The translations under genes and the position numbers were made by a program. Source: Camelus ferus (taxonomy: Eukaryota). From it: a DNA stretch of 64,000 nt. Where the stretch lies: assembly GCF_009834535.1 (NCBI RefSeq), contig NC_045696.1, positions 85,562,001 through 85,626,000 of the forward strand, read 5' to 3'. Position 1 is the stretch's first letter, and each line of letters opens with the position of its first letter. This document shows, in pieces, positions 51,191 to 64,000 of the stretch. The notes below the pieces were generated by a model. It saw only the letters and a list, made by a program, of their open reading frames with translations. It was not told where the DNA came from and did not search any database.

Positions 51191-52349
51191 CAATTAATTT
51201 ATATGGGAGCACAGAAGAATAATACATTTGGCACAGAAAGTGAAGAGAGGTATCTGGAGAGCTTAAATTTACTAAAAACACTAAGGTAAAACGAAATAAT
51301 TAGCTATATTAATGTTTTGAATTCTAAGCCCAAATTAAAAATAAAGTCTATCAAATAACTTCAGAATTGACTCTCTTTTCCTTCCCCTCGGTTCTGGTTT
51401 GTGGAGAGTTCTCCTCTGTCAATTCATCGTTCTTGCTTTCTCCTCTATTCTTACATTCAAAAAATTTTTATTGTTTTCAGCAAATGATGTGCCCTTGTTT
51501 TAAAAATTCAAACTATAGGAGAAAATGCTAAAAGTTGTTTAAAAGAAAAATAGACCACTGTCTTCTAATTCTGCTGCCCAGAATTAGGAGACCTGAAGTT
51601 CTCTTAATTGTTTATCCTGGCATTTACTTTTGCATTTTGAAATTACATACAAATTCTACCAACTCTGAATTTATCATTTAATAGATTATCTATTCCCATT
51701 AGGATAACTATTTAGTTCTTACACTCATTTATTCTACAATCATAATACAGTTATGTCACATTAATGTTAAATCAGCATTTGGTGCTTCTATTACTGCACT
51801 TATATTACATTTTTTTTCCTTTTTAGGCAAAGTTTCTTCATTTTTCATGAAGTTTGTAATTACTACCTTTTTTTCACATTTTTAGTTTTCCTTGGTCCTT
51901 TATAATGCACCTTCTCACATCATCCAATACTCCTTCAATTAAATTTTCTCTTTTTTAAATCTTTCTTTAATTGAAGTAAAGTTAATTCAATTAACCATGA
52001 GATCAAACATAACATATTGTATGAGTTTTCTTCTAGCCACCAAAAACTGAAGAGGCCTTAGCTTTAAAAGCTTCTGCATAACTGTGGGCTCGAACATCCC
52101 ATCACCATAATTCTGTGAATTTCCTTCCCAGTATGGATAGGGAGAGCCAGTATATTGTAGGGTTTACAAGCACATTTTAAAGCCAGTTCTAACAGGGTTT
52201 AACTCCTACTTCTCAGGATATAAATATATATATATATATTTTTGAGTTAATTAAGATAATATAATATATATAAGATACAAATGAGTTAATATGTATACAG
52301 TGTTTAAAGATGTTAATTCACAAAGGTAAATGACATACAGTATTTTTAA

Positions 52350-52530
52350 ATAAAAACTTTCTTCCTGCATCATATCCATGGCTTACTTTCTTGGCTTCTA
52401 CTGTTTTGGTGGAACAGATGTTCCAAGAGCTTCTTGAGAAAGGATGGGAGATAAATTGTTGAGATGCTACATGTTGAAAATGTACTTCTTCTACTTTTAC
52501 ACTTGCTCAAAATTCTAGTTTAAAAATATT
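52350..52530 (-). mobile_element. HAL1-like fragment
   Basis: 'ttttggtggaacagatgttccaagagcttcttgagaaaggatgggagataaattgttgaga...gaaaatgtacttcttctacttttacacttg' resembles antisense HAL1. Confidence 0.6.
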
Positions 52531-52899
52531 AAAAATATTTCAATCATACAATTAAATTAATCAAAATTGTAATCAATCATGTGAGTAACTCAATGTAATT
52601 GGGTAATTAATTAAAGTGCTTTATAAAATCTTAGAGAAATAGCATAAGGAGTCCCTGCATCAAAAGCTAAAACTAAATTAGTAAATTCTGACACTGAAGA
52701 TTCTCAGTGATTAATGAGAACAGAGAAGCAGGATAGTGACCCTAACTACTTAATGAGAAAATACACTCTAGCTACTAGCCACAAATTCAGTTCAAATTAA
52801 ACCCTTTCCCTTCAAATGGAGTGGAAAATCTTGAGACATAAAACATTTACAAACAACAACATTAAAGAAAGTTTTTAATCAAAGTAAAAACAACAACAA

Positions 52900-53225
52900 A
52901 AAAGCCCATTACCATCAATAATACAAAAAGAACTAATCAGGGTCCTAGGAAATAAAGTTAATGAAAATAATAAAATTTAGTAGAAGAAAAAGACTAAGAA
53001 ATTAAAATAAATAAATAATTTAAAGAAATAAATGAAAGAAGTAAAGAAGTAAAAATATTAAAATAAATTTTTCTTATGTAAGTTTACATTTGAATATTAA
53101 AACAAGTAAAATATTTAAAAAACTTTAAATAATAAAATAAACAAATAAGAATAATAAATAAGAAAAACTTTTTAAAATGATATAATAAAAATTTAAACTA
53201 GAAAATAAAGAAGAATGAAATGTTT
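52900..53225. repeat. A/T-rich low-complexity tract (AAAT-rich)
   Basis: Read directly from the sequence; nearly devoid of C. Confidence 0.75.
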
Positions 53226-53329
53226 TTTAAAACTCAGTTTCTAGACCTCAAAATATGAATCTATCCTCCCACACACAAAACAAAACAACAAAACTTGATT
53301 AATATACACTCTAAAGAGCAAATGAGACA

Positions 53330-53705
53330 GGATTATACATAACAATAAAATGGAAGAACCAGTAAAAATATTATTCTAAAATAGAAATTAAATGCTCAGA
53401 AATATGATATATATCCATATTTCCATAAAAGACATTAAAAAGGCATTTTAGAACATAAGAATGGATAGGATGGATGGAGAAATGATCAAAGAAATAATAT
53501 GAGAAAATATCTATGAACTGAAGAAAGATCTTGTCTAGACTGCAAAGTGCTACCGAATGACAAAAGAAAATGAAGAAAATGACCTGGAAAACATAAATGT
53601 GAAAATGTTGAATACTGAATAAAAAGATAAAAAGAAAATTGAAAACTTTCAGAAAAAAACTACACACAAGGGAACAGTAATCATACTAATATTCAATTTT
53701 CATCT
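53330..53705 (+). mobile_element. Old HAL1/L1 ORF1 fragment
   Basis: 'atcaaagaaataatatgagaaaatatctatgaactgaagaaagat' resembles IKEIIQENFPELKKD; 'acacacaagggaacagtaatcatacta' resembles TYKGTRIRL. Confidence 0.65.
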
Positions 53706-53714
53706 AAAATCAAA

Positions 53715-54238
53715 ACCTATAATGTCCTAAATGAGCCAGATTCTAAAATTTATCTCTTCAATCTCATACCACTATGTTCCTTGTTTCCTTATGTGTAGCA
53801 ATACAAGACTTCTTTTTGTACCTTGAACACACCAAGCTTATTCATTCATCATGACTTTTGAATGAGTTGATTTCTTCCTTGAGATACCCTTACCTTGGAT
53901 CTTTGGAAGCTGCCTATTTATCATCCAAGTTTTAATTGTAAAGTCATTTCCTCAGTGTAACCCAACTTCTCTTTCTGACTTCCACACCCAGTCACTTCCT
54001 GGTCATTGCCCAATACATAAATGAACATTTTCTAAAAATATCATGACTCAATCTGATTACTTGCTTTTTATCAGTCATCTTTAATTAGAATATAAGGTAT
54101 TTGAGGACAGAAAATGTCTCCTCCTCCTCCTTCTTCCAGTACTACTACTATTATTATTATTTTCTATTTCACCAGCAATAGAAATTATGTCTAATACATA
54201 TTAGGTGTTGAGTATCTACTAAATTAGTTAATGAATAA
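53715..54238 (+). mobile_element. L2 LINE 3' region
   Basis: 'ccttgaacacaccaagcttatt...ttagaatataaggtatttgaggacagaaaatgtct...tattaggtgttgagtatctactaaattagttaatgaataa'. Confidence 0.8.
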
Positions 54239-54430
54239 CATGCTAGTTTTCAATAGACAAGTCATTTAACCACTCAAACTTTGTTGCCTCAGGGGACAAA
54301 AAATGAAGCGGCTAATTGAGATGATTTCCATGGTTCCTTACAGCTTATATTTTAGTGAACTAAAGTTGACCTCTTATACCCAAAAGTTCAACAGATCTTA
54401 ACTCATCAGTCTCTTTAATTTCTGCTACAC

Positions 54431-54955
54431 TTAGTGGATATTTGCTTTTTGTCTTGTTGTTATTGCTTCTGTTACCCTAAATATGAATTCACCTTCTGTA
54501 TTGGAATGTACCTATTCTATGAATCTTAATTGCAGATGGAATTGATCCCTGACTCTAGAAGCCAAAGAACCCAGATAAAGAAAAAGAAATTCTTCCCAGG
54601 GCTCCTTTATTTGGGTGCATGAGCAAGTGAACTAAGTGCTCTTATTCAGATGCTCTTATTCAGACAGTGGAGGAACCATTATTGTGCCAGGAGAGGTGAC
54701 AGTGGTTTCCAGAAACAGAAGTAGCAGTGACAGCAGGAGCCACAACCAGAGCCTAGCGTTGTAGCAGTAAAACAAGCTGTGACATTCAATGATCAGCGGC
54801 ACTGCCAGTGGGGAACACATTGCTAAAATGATTTTGGCTATAGGACTAGGTACTGCCTAACTTCCTTTATTCCTCCGTTTTCTTTGTGGTGATTTTGTTT
54901 TTTTATTACTCAATATCCTTTCAATATTTTTTTTCAGCTTACAACACATACGTTC
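54431..54955 (+). mobile_element. ERVL solo LTR, LTR33-like
   Basis: Starts 'tagtggatatttgcttttt'; contains 'ttcccagggctcc...gcaagtgaactaag', a gcagtgacagcag-rich stretch and 'aatatcctttcaata...cagctta' near the end. Contains an exact 14-bp tandem duplication tgctcttattcaga at 54637-54664. Confidence 0.5.
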
Positions 54956-55158
54956 TTTTTCTTATGCTTTCAGTGAAGATATAGCTGGCAATACAGTTAT
55001 AAGACATTTCTGAAAGTCTAAGTAAATTCTCAGGAACATGTTTATAAACTTATGATTCTGCAATTGTTAGAAATAATGGTATTAAATTATTTATTTTCAG
55101 TGAAGGCATATGTGATTAATACTCAGTAAAAATAAATTATTAAGGGTAGATTGTGAGC

Positions 55159-55613
55159 TGTATATTTCTAGAAACTTGTCTATTTCTTTTAGGTTGTCCA
55201 ATTTGTTTCTACACAGCTGTTAATAGTATTCTCTTATATTTTTTTGTATTTCTGTAGTAATGGTTGTAATTTCTCCATTTTCCTTTCTTATTTTGTTTAT
55301 TTGTGTCCTCTCTCTTTTCTTCTTGGTGAGCCTGGCCAAAGGTTTTTTTGATTTTGTTTACTCTTTCAAAGAGCCAGCTCTTGGTCTGACTGATTTTTTT
55401 CTATTTTTAATCTATTTTATTTATTTCCTCCTTAATTTTTATTATTTCTTTCCTTTTATTGACTTTAGGTTTTGTTTGCTCTTCTTTTCCTAATTCATTT
55501 AGGTGATAGTTTAGGTTGTTTATTTGAGATTGTTCTTGTTCTTTGAGGGAGGCCTGTATCACTATGACCTTGCCTCTTAGGACTGCTTTTGCTACATACC
55601 ACAGATTTTGTGT
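55159..55613 (-). pseudogene. Inverted L1 ORF2 segment (region between the endonuclease and RT domains)
   Basis: Minus-strand translation [15 protein letters not shown]...EEQTKPKVNKRKEIIKIKEEINKID...KLDNLKEIDKFLEIYS. Confidence 0.92.
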
Positions 55614-58085
55614 AATAGACCACTTGAATAGACTGATCACTAGAAGTGAAATAGAATCAGCAATTAAAAGCCTCCCAACAAACAAAAGTCCAGGGCCAGA
55701 TGGCTTCACCGGGGAATTCTACCAAACACACAAAGAAGACTCATACAAACCCTTCTCAAACTCTTTCAAATGACTGAAGAGGAGGGAATACTCCCAAACT
55801 CATTCTATGAAGCCACCATCACCTGATATCAAAGCCAGACAAAGACACTACCAAAAAAGAAAAATATATGTCAGTATTTTTGATGAACATAGATGTAAAA
55901 ATCCTCAACAAAATACTAGCAAACAGAATCCAACAACACATAAAAAAGATCATACACCATGATCAAGCTGGATCCATCCCAGGAACACAAGGATGGTTCA
56001 ACATACACAAATCAATTAATGTGATATACCACATCAACAAAAGAAATGACAAAAATCACATTATCATTTCAATAGATGCAGAAAAACCATTTGATAAAAT
56101 TCAACACCCATTATGATAAAAGTCCTTACCAAAGTGGGTATAGAGGGAACATATCTCAACATAATAATAGCTATTTATGAAAAACCTACAGCCAGCACAA
56201 TACTCAACAGTGAAAAGCTAAAAGCCTCACTAAAATCTGGAACAAGACAAGGATGCCCACTCTCACCACTTCTTTTTTACATAGTATTGGAAATCCTAGG
56301 CACAGCAATCAGGTAAGAAAAAGAAATAGAAAGGATACAAATTGGAAGAGAAGAGGTAAAATTGTCACTATATGCAGATGACATGATACCATATATAGAA
56401 AACCCTAAAAGCTCCACACAAAAACTATTAGAGCTGATAAAAGAATTCAGCAAGGTATCAGGATACAAGATTAACATACAGAAATCAGTTGTATTTCTTT
56501 ACAATAAGAATGAAATATCAGAAAAAGTAAATAAAGAAACAATCCCTTTTAAAATCACATGCAAAACAATAAGATACTTAGGAATAAATTGACAAAGGAG
56601 GTGAAAGACTTATACACAGAGAACTACAAGATATTGACTAAGGAAATTAAAGATGACTGGAAGAAACAGAAAGATATTCTGTGCTCTTGGATTGGAAGAA
56701 TTAATATTATTAAAATGGCCATACCACCCAAGGCAATCTACAGATTAAATGTGATCCTTATCAAAGTACCCATGACATTTTTCACAGAATTAGAACAAAT
56801 AATCCTAAAATTTATTTGGAATCACAGAAGACCCAGAATTTTCAAAGCAATACTGAAGAAAAAGAATGAAGCTGGAGGAATAACCCTCCCAGACTTCAGA
56901 CAATACTATAGAGATACACAGTAATCAAAACAATGTGGTATTGGTATAAAAACAGACATATGGCTCAATGGAACAGAATAGAGAGCCCAGAAATATATCC
57001 ACAGACCTAAGGTCAATTAATCTTTGGCAAGGGAGGCAAGAATATACAATGGAGAAAAGGCAGTCTCTTCAGCAAGTGGTGTTGGGAAAACTGGACAGCT
57101 GCATGCAAATTAATGAAGTTAGAACACTTGCTCACACCATACACAAAAATAAACTCAAAATGGCTTAAAGATTTAAATACAAGACAAGGCACTATAAACC
57201 TCTTAGAAGAAAACATAGGCAAAACACTTTCTGACATACATCTTAGCAATGTTCTCATAAGGCAATCTATCCAGGCAATAGAAATAAAAGCAAAAATAAA
57301 CAAATGGAACCTAATTAAACTTAGAAGCTTTTGCATAGCAAAGGAAACCATAAGCAAAACAAAACAACAACCTATGGAATGGGAGAAAATATTTGAAAAT
57401 GATGCAACTGACAGAGGTTTAACTTCCAGAGTATATAAACAGCTCGTATAACTTAATAACAACAACAACAACAACAAAAAACCCCCAAGTAATTCAATCC
57501 AAAAAATGGGCAGAAGAGCTAAACAAGCAGTTTTCCAATGAAGACATACAGATGGCCAATAGGCACATGAATAAATGCTCAATATTGCTAATCATCGGAG
57601 AAGTGCAATTCAAAACTACAATGAGGTATCACCTCACACCAGTCAGAATGGCCATCATTCAAAAGTCCACAAAAGATAAATGCTGGAGATGTGGAAAAAA
57701 GGGAACCCCCGTACACTGTTGGCAGGAATGTAGTTTGCTATAACCATTAAGGAAACAGAATAAAGGTTTCTCAAAAAACTAAAATAGACTTACTATATGA
57801 TCCAGTAATCTCACTCCTGGACATATATCTGTAGGGAATTCTAATTCAAAAAGATACATGCACCCCACATACAATAGCGAAGACATGGAAACAACCTAAA
57901 TGTCCATCAACAGAGGACTGGATAAAGAAGTTGTGTCATATTTATACAATGGAATACTACTCAGCCATAAAAAATAACAAAACAATGCCATTTGCAGCAA
58001 CACGGATGGACCTGGAGATCACTCTAAATGAAGTCAGAAAGAGAAAGAAAAATACCATATGATATTACTCATATATGGAATCTAA
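55614..58085 (+). pseudogene. L1 ORF2 (RT and C-terminal domain), disrupted by frameshifts and stops
   Basis: [53 protein letters not shown] at 56371-56382, [10 protein letters not shown]; terminal stop at 58083-58085; split across many ORF-track fragments. Confidence 0.95.
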
Positions 58086-58549
58086 AAAGAGAAAAAAGAA
58101 GACACTAATAATCTACAAAACAGAAACAGACTCTTAGACATAGTTAATAAACTTATAGTTACTGAGGTGAAAGGGAGGGGGAAGGGATAAATTTGGGAGT
58201 TCCAGATTTGCAAGCATTAGCTACTGTACGTAAAAATAGATTAAAAAACAAATTTCTGTATAACACAGGGAGCTATATTCAATATCTTGTAATAACCTTT
58301 AAGGAAAAAGGATATGAAAACAAATATATGTATGTACATGTATGACTGGGACATTATGCTGTACAGTAGAGACTGACACATTTTAACTGACTATAGTTCA
58401 ATTAAAAAAAAACAAACCAGTAGATTGTGAGCGCTTTCAGGCAGGAAGTCTTCTGTATTTCAAATAATTGGTAAATGTGTATGTGTACATATATGTAGTA
58501 AGAACTTATTAATATTTCTTGAACTTAGAAAAATAAAGAAGTGACATAC

Positions 58550-59950
58550 TTTTAAAAATTACTGAGATACTATACACAATTTAGTTATTTAGATCATTAA
58601 AAAGGTTGAAAATAAAGGGAAGTGCAAATATACAAAGAGAATAGAATTCAAAGTAAAATAATTCAAAAGGAAAAAATATAGTTTATATTAATAGAAGGTA
58701 GATACTACCAAAAATAAACAGATAAAAATCATAAATTTTTGTCATAAAATATACAATTTATATTTTCAATGTTTATAATCACAGGAAGAAAAAATATCAA
58801 ATCAAACTTCACTCATAAATTAGACTGGAGGCTTAGATACATAAATAGATGACTTTCAGGATGAAACTATAATTATTTAAAAATTGAGTGCTAAAAATAA
58901 CAAGCTTCATATGTGCAAGCATAATATTATGTACCTAATATAAAGAAATACACTTCTTCTTCAAACAGTCATGCTAACTTTATCAAAAAAAAAGAGCATG
59001 TATTAGGCTGTGAAGATCACAATCTATTCCACAAAGAAAAAAAAAGGAAACAATACTGGGAATATAATGAAACCAAAATAAAATGCAACTCAAAATTAAC
59101 AAATTTATAAAATTAATTTGCTATTAGAAATTAACAACAAAATTTAAAGAATAAACTTGAAAAATTTTATAATATTCAGTGTTTTTAAATTAAAAAATCA
59201 AAACAGAAAGTATAGACCATTTAGAAATAAAAGACAACAAAAATCCTCCATCTCACAAATCTGTGAATCCAGTTAAAATGGTGCTCAACTGAAAAAGTTT
59301 AGTCTTAAACATTTGTCATGCAAATAGAGTTTGAAAATAAAATAAATCTGTATCTCAAGAAACTAAAGAAAAATACAAGAGCCTAAGAAAAGTAAAAACA
59401 ATGAATACATTTGAAGCAACGGCAGTAGCAGTCTTAATTAGACAACAATAACAAATTCAAGTAATAAAGTGTGTGCTTTAAGAAATATCAACAAAAGACA
59501 GGGAATGATATTCAGTATTTTTTAGTGGCCTATAATGAAAAAGAATAGGAAAAGGAATATATATATATGTATAAATGATCATTATGCTATATACCAGAAA
59601 TTAACATAACATTATATCAATTATATACTTCAATTAAAAAAAGAAAGAAAAAAAAGTATCAACAAAAGACAGAAAGCTTTTTTGGACGTGTCAAAAATTT
59701 TAAAAAGTACTATAATGAACTACGTTATGGATGTAGGGAAAGAACGTAAGTATATATTTTTAAATGTTGAGTAGACTAAATACAACTTAAGTTAATAACC
59801 TTAAGATTTTACATTATCAGACAATTTCTTATAATATCCTAACTACCAAATTGATGAAAAAGGTTAAAATATCTGAAAAGAATTAAAAGTTTAGATAAAA
59901 TTGAAAGAGTAATTAAAGATGTCCAACCTCTAAATAAACATTTGATCAGA
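58550..59950 (+). mobile_element. Old L1 (L1M-type) ORF2 N-terminal fragments
   Basis: 'aaaggttgaaaataaaggga' (RLKIKG), 'atacacttcttcttcaaac' (YTFFS), 'aaatctgtgaatccagttaaaatggtgctca' (NLWDAAKAVL-like); heavily decayed. Confidence 0.6.
59502..59656 (+). mobile_element. 155-bp truncated lineage-specific L1 3' UTR end with 16-bp TSD, nested in the older L1
   Basis: Similar to 58268-58412 of the long L1 (tattca.tat.tt.ta...cct.taa.gaaaaag.ata ... ttcaattaaaaaaa); exact TSD tatcaacaaaagacag at 59486-59501 and 59657-59672. Confidence 0.9.
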
Positions 59951-60119
59951 TTCATCATCTATTCCTGATATTATATATATTATATTAACACGTATTACCC
60001 ACAAATGTTAATAAAAATAATGCGAGATTCTAGGATAATGGCCAAGTTTAAAATGTTTACATGTTTCATGTTTATATGTTTCAACGAGCATATTAGCAAT
60101 TTTTTTAACTGAGCTCCTA

Positions 60120-60715
60120 GAGAAATGGGACTAGTGGACAGTGTAAGTTTTAGTGCATTAAGGTATGCACTTTTTGAAGGACAGTTTTAAATGTGCATTT
60201 TCTTTGTTCCAGAAAGGAACCCTATCTACAGAAATACTTCAACATATATAAAAAGTATGTTACTCACAGCATTGTTGGTAAGAATAAAAAAACTGAATAA
60301 TGCTACATGCCCATCAAGGATAAATGGTTAAATAAAATATGGTATGTTTATCTTAAAAAATAATCTGAAGATCTTAAAAAGTATAATCTCATTTGTATAA
60401 AATCAAGACCAGGAAATATATTTTCCTTATAAATTTATGTGATATATTTAAATTTTGGTACTAAGATTCATCTGTGCAATATATGACACCTTACTTCTTT
60501 TTCTTCAATTCAAACAAAGTCTGGCCCTGAGCCTACAAAGGAAGAAAGTTGAGAAGGGTACAAATCACAAACTATTACAATTAGGAATGGGAGAGGTACA
60601 TCTAAAGAGGACTTACACATTTTGTTCTATAGTCCTTTTATTTATGTATTCATTTATTTATTTTTAATACTAAGTATGTATTTGCTTTTTACTTGAGTCT
60701 TAAAATGTTTGAAAA
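60120..60715 (+). mobile_element. L1ME-type 3' fragment
   Basis: 'ctacagaaatactt...cacagcattgtt...atgcccatcaaggataaatggttaaataaaatatggtat'. Confidence 0.65.
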
Positions 60716-62344
60716 TGTGTAAAGAAATATGTAAATGCAGTTTACGATTTCTTACCACCTTTGAGATGCTTTCTCTTGTAGTGGTGTTATTTTCCTGTTT
60801 TGGTGCCTGTTAGCTGCTCTAGAGCCAATTACTTTGGTATTGCCTTATTAGGTATACTGAACAAAATAAAGTTTAGTAATGGTTAGTAAAATGACGCAAC
60901 AAGTTTAGAAGTAGTGATGAAATGGGCAATACCGCTAAGCTGCTGAAAATGTGCCGAGATTCACTAAGTACTATACAAAAGAAAACAAACAAACAAGACT
61001 TCATTACACAGTTGACTAAGCATCTGCAACTGATGGCTACCCTCATTGCCTTGAGACATTTGAGATTTCATTAGTGATTTCGGGCCAGCAGAGGAGACAG
61101 TAAAGTTGGATGCATGCTGTCACGGTGAAGTTTTAAGACTTATGATTCTGAATTTATTGCTAAGAATCATGTAAAATTAATACATGCCAAATAGATTAGA
61201 AATGTCTTTAAACAAGAAATTATGGGGCTCTAGTCTTAAATCCAAGAAGACTTAATACATTAAAAAACAAAAAAAACACAGACGAAAGAAGTTGTCATAT
61301 AAATCCAACTTATAGAGAGTCCTTTGTGTAAAAGATAACGATAATCAATGAATATGGCTATGCCTATAATTCTCTATTATTTTCTCATAAATTTGAATTT
61401 AAGGAAGTCATACTAATGCTTCTTAGGAATGAGATATTAAACAAAAACTACACATGTACCTGCATGTAAAATAAAATCTTTAACAACATCTCTTATTGCC
61501 TGAAATACAGTCAAAATGCAAATCTGTGTATTATCATGAAATAATAACATCTGGGGCAAGAGAAGCAAATTATAGGTCATATTTCTAATCTTTTAGCAGG
61601 GAGAGAAAGCCTTGCAAAACCAAACAGACTACCCTGCAAAGGCTTCTGAACTTGATTTTTTTTTTTATCACAGAGAATTGCCAGCTATCAACAGAAAATC
61701 TCAACCAAAGGATTCATAGAGCTTAATCTATTAGATTAAACGGGAAAAGCAGTTCACAAGGCTCTTTTATAAGAGTGGTTTAATAATATTTTAGAGACAT
61801 TAGTAGGATTTCTAAAACCTGCTGATGGCTTTCCATAATTGTGGTTAATATTTCAGCTTCCATCAATAATTTTACAATCATATTTAGAGTTTTCTTCCTG
61901 AAAAATAAAATTTATTACTAGGTGATGCATAATATAAAGTTCTTTGACTATTCTCTTATATAAACCTAGACTGACTTTTCATTGTTAACTTAAAAAAATT
62001 CTAAGTAAACTATACTATTTCTTGAGAATTTAAGTTTTTGTGTAGATTGTAAAAATTATAAAAGTATATTATGTGAAAATAATGAGGAAATAGTAATTTT
62101 AATAATGAAACAAAATACATTAGTAAAAGATGTACTAATGCATTCCCAAATACTTAAGCAATCAAAAACTATCATATAAAATGTATGTATCTATTAACTA
62201 CAGAACATTAACTTTTGAATATTTTTCACAAAAGAATCTGTTTTTGAACCAATGTGGCTTTACAATATGCTGCTTTTTAGTTTACTTTGGTATACCAAAT
62301 GGCCTAACTCTAAGCAAGAATCATTTGAAAAAATTATAAGTATG

Positions 62345-62480
62345 GAAACTGTAAATACCTAGAAGTTGAACCTTATAGTTTTAAATTAAGAAAATTGAAG
62401 CCCAGTGAGATTAAATACTTTCACAAAATCACAATGTTAGAAGAGGAGAAGCCAGTTCTAGAGATTCGGGTCTCCTGTCT
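62345..62480 (-). mobile_element. MIR-family fragment
   Basis: 'aagaaaattgaagcccagtgagattaaatactttcacaaaatcaca...ctagagattcgggtctcctgtct'. Confidence 0.6.
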
Positions 62481-64000
62481 AGCAGTTTATTTTTCCAATC
62501 CATTATTTGAGCTATCATTTTCAATTAAATGTTAACTATGCTAAAAGTATACATAGAGAAATTAGAAACAAACAATTGAACATCTTATAAACTAAGCTGC
62601 ATTTATCATTGTTAGCAATCTCATAAATATTCAGGAAAGTGAACATTTATAGTCACAAGTATATCAGATATTCTGAACTGTTATGAATGACATCATGGCA
62701 AAATTTTAAACTTTTCAGTCTAAAAAGTAAACTTCATATTATGTAAGTCTCATCTTTTAGATTTTTACTAGCCATCATTAAATATTATTTTTATTTACAT
62801 ACCTAAACCTCCTTGGATTAGTGGCACTGTTCATCAGTTCTAAAATTCAACATTCTATGTTTAATCAATTTAAATCTACTCATTCTATTAAAATAAATAA
62901 TTAACTCTGGAACTCCAAAGAAAACGACCCTAAAGATAAATAAGCACGAAGGCAGAAGGACTGTTTTTCACTTTTATTACATGTAATTTATACCTTACAT
63001 GAATTAGGACTGAGCACACTCAATCTCACTAAATATGGAACTGTTCTCATCATTCAACAAACCTCTGTCTCACCCATCTTACAGGTTATCTCTTCTCAAG
63101 CCCAGCTTCTAGCAACTTTCCACTTAGTCACAAAGGCAACTGCAGGTACAGTTTTTAGGGTGATTTTCTTTCCAAATTCAAAGCAAAAGAAGCAGTTCAG
63201 CTCACTGAAAAGGCTGACTCAAAGCAATAAATGTTTTTAGCACTGGGCTCTTCATTAGCAATAAAAAGTATGTTTCTGTCTGTTGTGGATCAAGGTCAAT
63301 GATTCTCAAGTAAACAGCTCCCTCCACTGGTCCAACCGTCACTGTATGCTCTGAAGTCTAAAGTCACTTCAGTTCCCCTACTACCAAGTTTGCATACAGA
63401 CCACAGAATGCTAGAGCTGCTTGAGAATTTAGAAACACTGAATTAAAAGGTGGGTCAGCCAGCAGCTAAGAGGCGACAGCCCCTGTAGAGTACGAAGATC
63501 TTAATGGAAATTTAATGAGATGAAGAAATACATATTAATATATTTAACTATCAGAACGCCTTTCAGGGACAGCAAGACTGAGACTTGGAAAACGCACTCT
63601 AAAAAGTAGTTCGCAGTTTTGAGAGAATATGATAACAGAGGGAGAACCAATGATTTCTAAACTACCATCAAAGGATAATGGGTCCAGCTGGGCTTTTGTC
63701 TCACCGGTTGGGTATTAAAGTCTACGGATTGAACTGAATTGCTTGGGCCATAGTAGGGATTGACTATTCTGTTATATTTCTTTGCCCTTTTCTCATAAAA
63801 AAAATCTTCCCCTCCTAAAGGATAAATATATTTTCAATTTGAGAGGATAATCATCATTAGCGTATCTGGGGTGTCTATATTTCTTTGTCAGTCCAACTTC
63901 TTTATTTTACAAGTGAGGAAGTTCAAAAAGATAAAATGGTTTACTAATAATGTTCTCACCTAAACCCTAGCCAGATTATGCAACACTTAATCTGGTGTTC

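Larger units (their letters stand above)
55159..58419 (+). mobile_element. Lineage-specific L1, 5'-truncated and 5'-inverted, with 13-bp TSD
   Basis: Inverted segment 55159-~55613 (minus), forward segment ~55614-58412 ending in ttcaattaaaaaaaaa; exact TSD gtagattgtgagc at 55146-55158 and 58420-58432. Confidence 0.95.

Noticed and set aside
55407..55773. Chimeric ORFs reading through the L1 inversion junction
   Set aside because: They are by-products of the inversion, with no promoter or splice support.
57013..57582. Longest ORF in the track (189 aa, minus strand)
   Set aside because: It is the antisense frame of L1 ORF2, a common artefact.
63085..63145. Possible 61-nt exon (cttacag|...cag|gtacag)
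   Set aside because: Weak donor and unrecognised peptides; insufficient support.

Overview
AT-rich, CpG-depleted mammalian DNA, either intergenic or deep intronic. It is very probably camelid (alpaca/camel lineage), because it carries two Vic-1-type tRNA-derived SINEs and artiodactyl-type L1 3' ends. I cannot support any host protein-coding exon, RNA gene or CRISPR array. Every ORF I can recognise is a decayed transposon protein (L1 ORF2, CR1/L3 ORF2, Charlie1 hAT transposase) or a microsatellite/antisense artefact. The window is a layered repeat fossil record. Ancient layer: L2, L3/CR1, MIR, HAL1/L1ME. Eutherian layer: MER58A, MER5, MER44, Charlie1/MER119, MLT1C, LTR16A, LTR33-like and MER31. 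Lineage-specific layer: insertions that still have target-site duplications (TSDs). Repeat names come from my memory of consensus sequences, not from a search. The most notable structures are: (1) a 3.26-kb 5'-inverted (twin-primed) L1 with an exact 13-bp TSD; (2) several very short TSD-flanked L1 tail insertions (about 155, 68, 43 and 16 bp); (3) small patchworks of interleaved direct and inverted copies that look like template-switch scars (34456-34582, 37154-37214, 46447-46523); (4) a palindrome cluster at about 24560-24765 and a perfect 15-bp hairpin at 7074-7124; (5) repeat-free, motif-dense blocks that may be enhancers. I found no evidence of a previously undescribed biological system.
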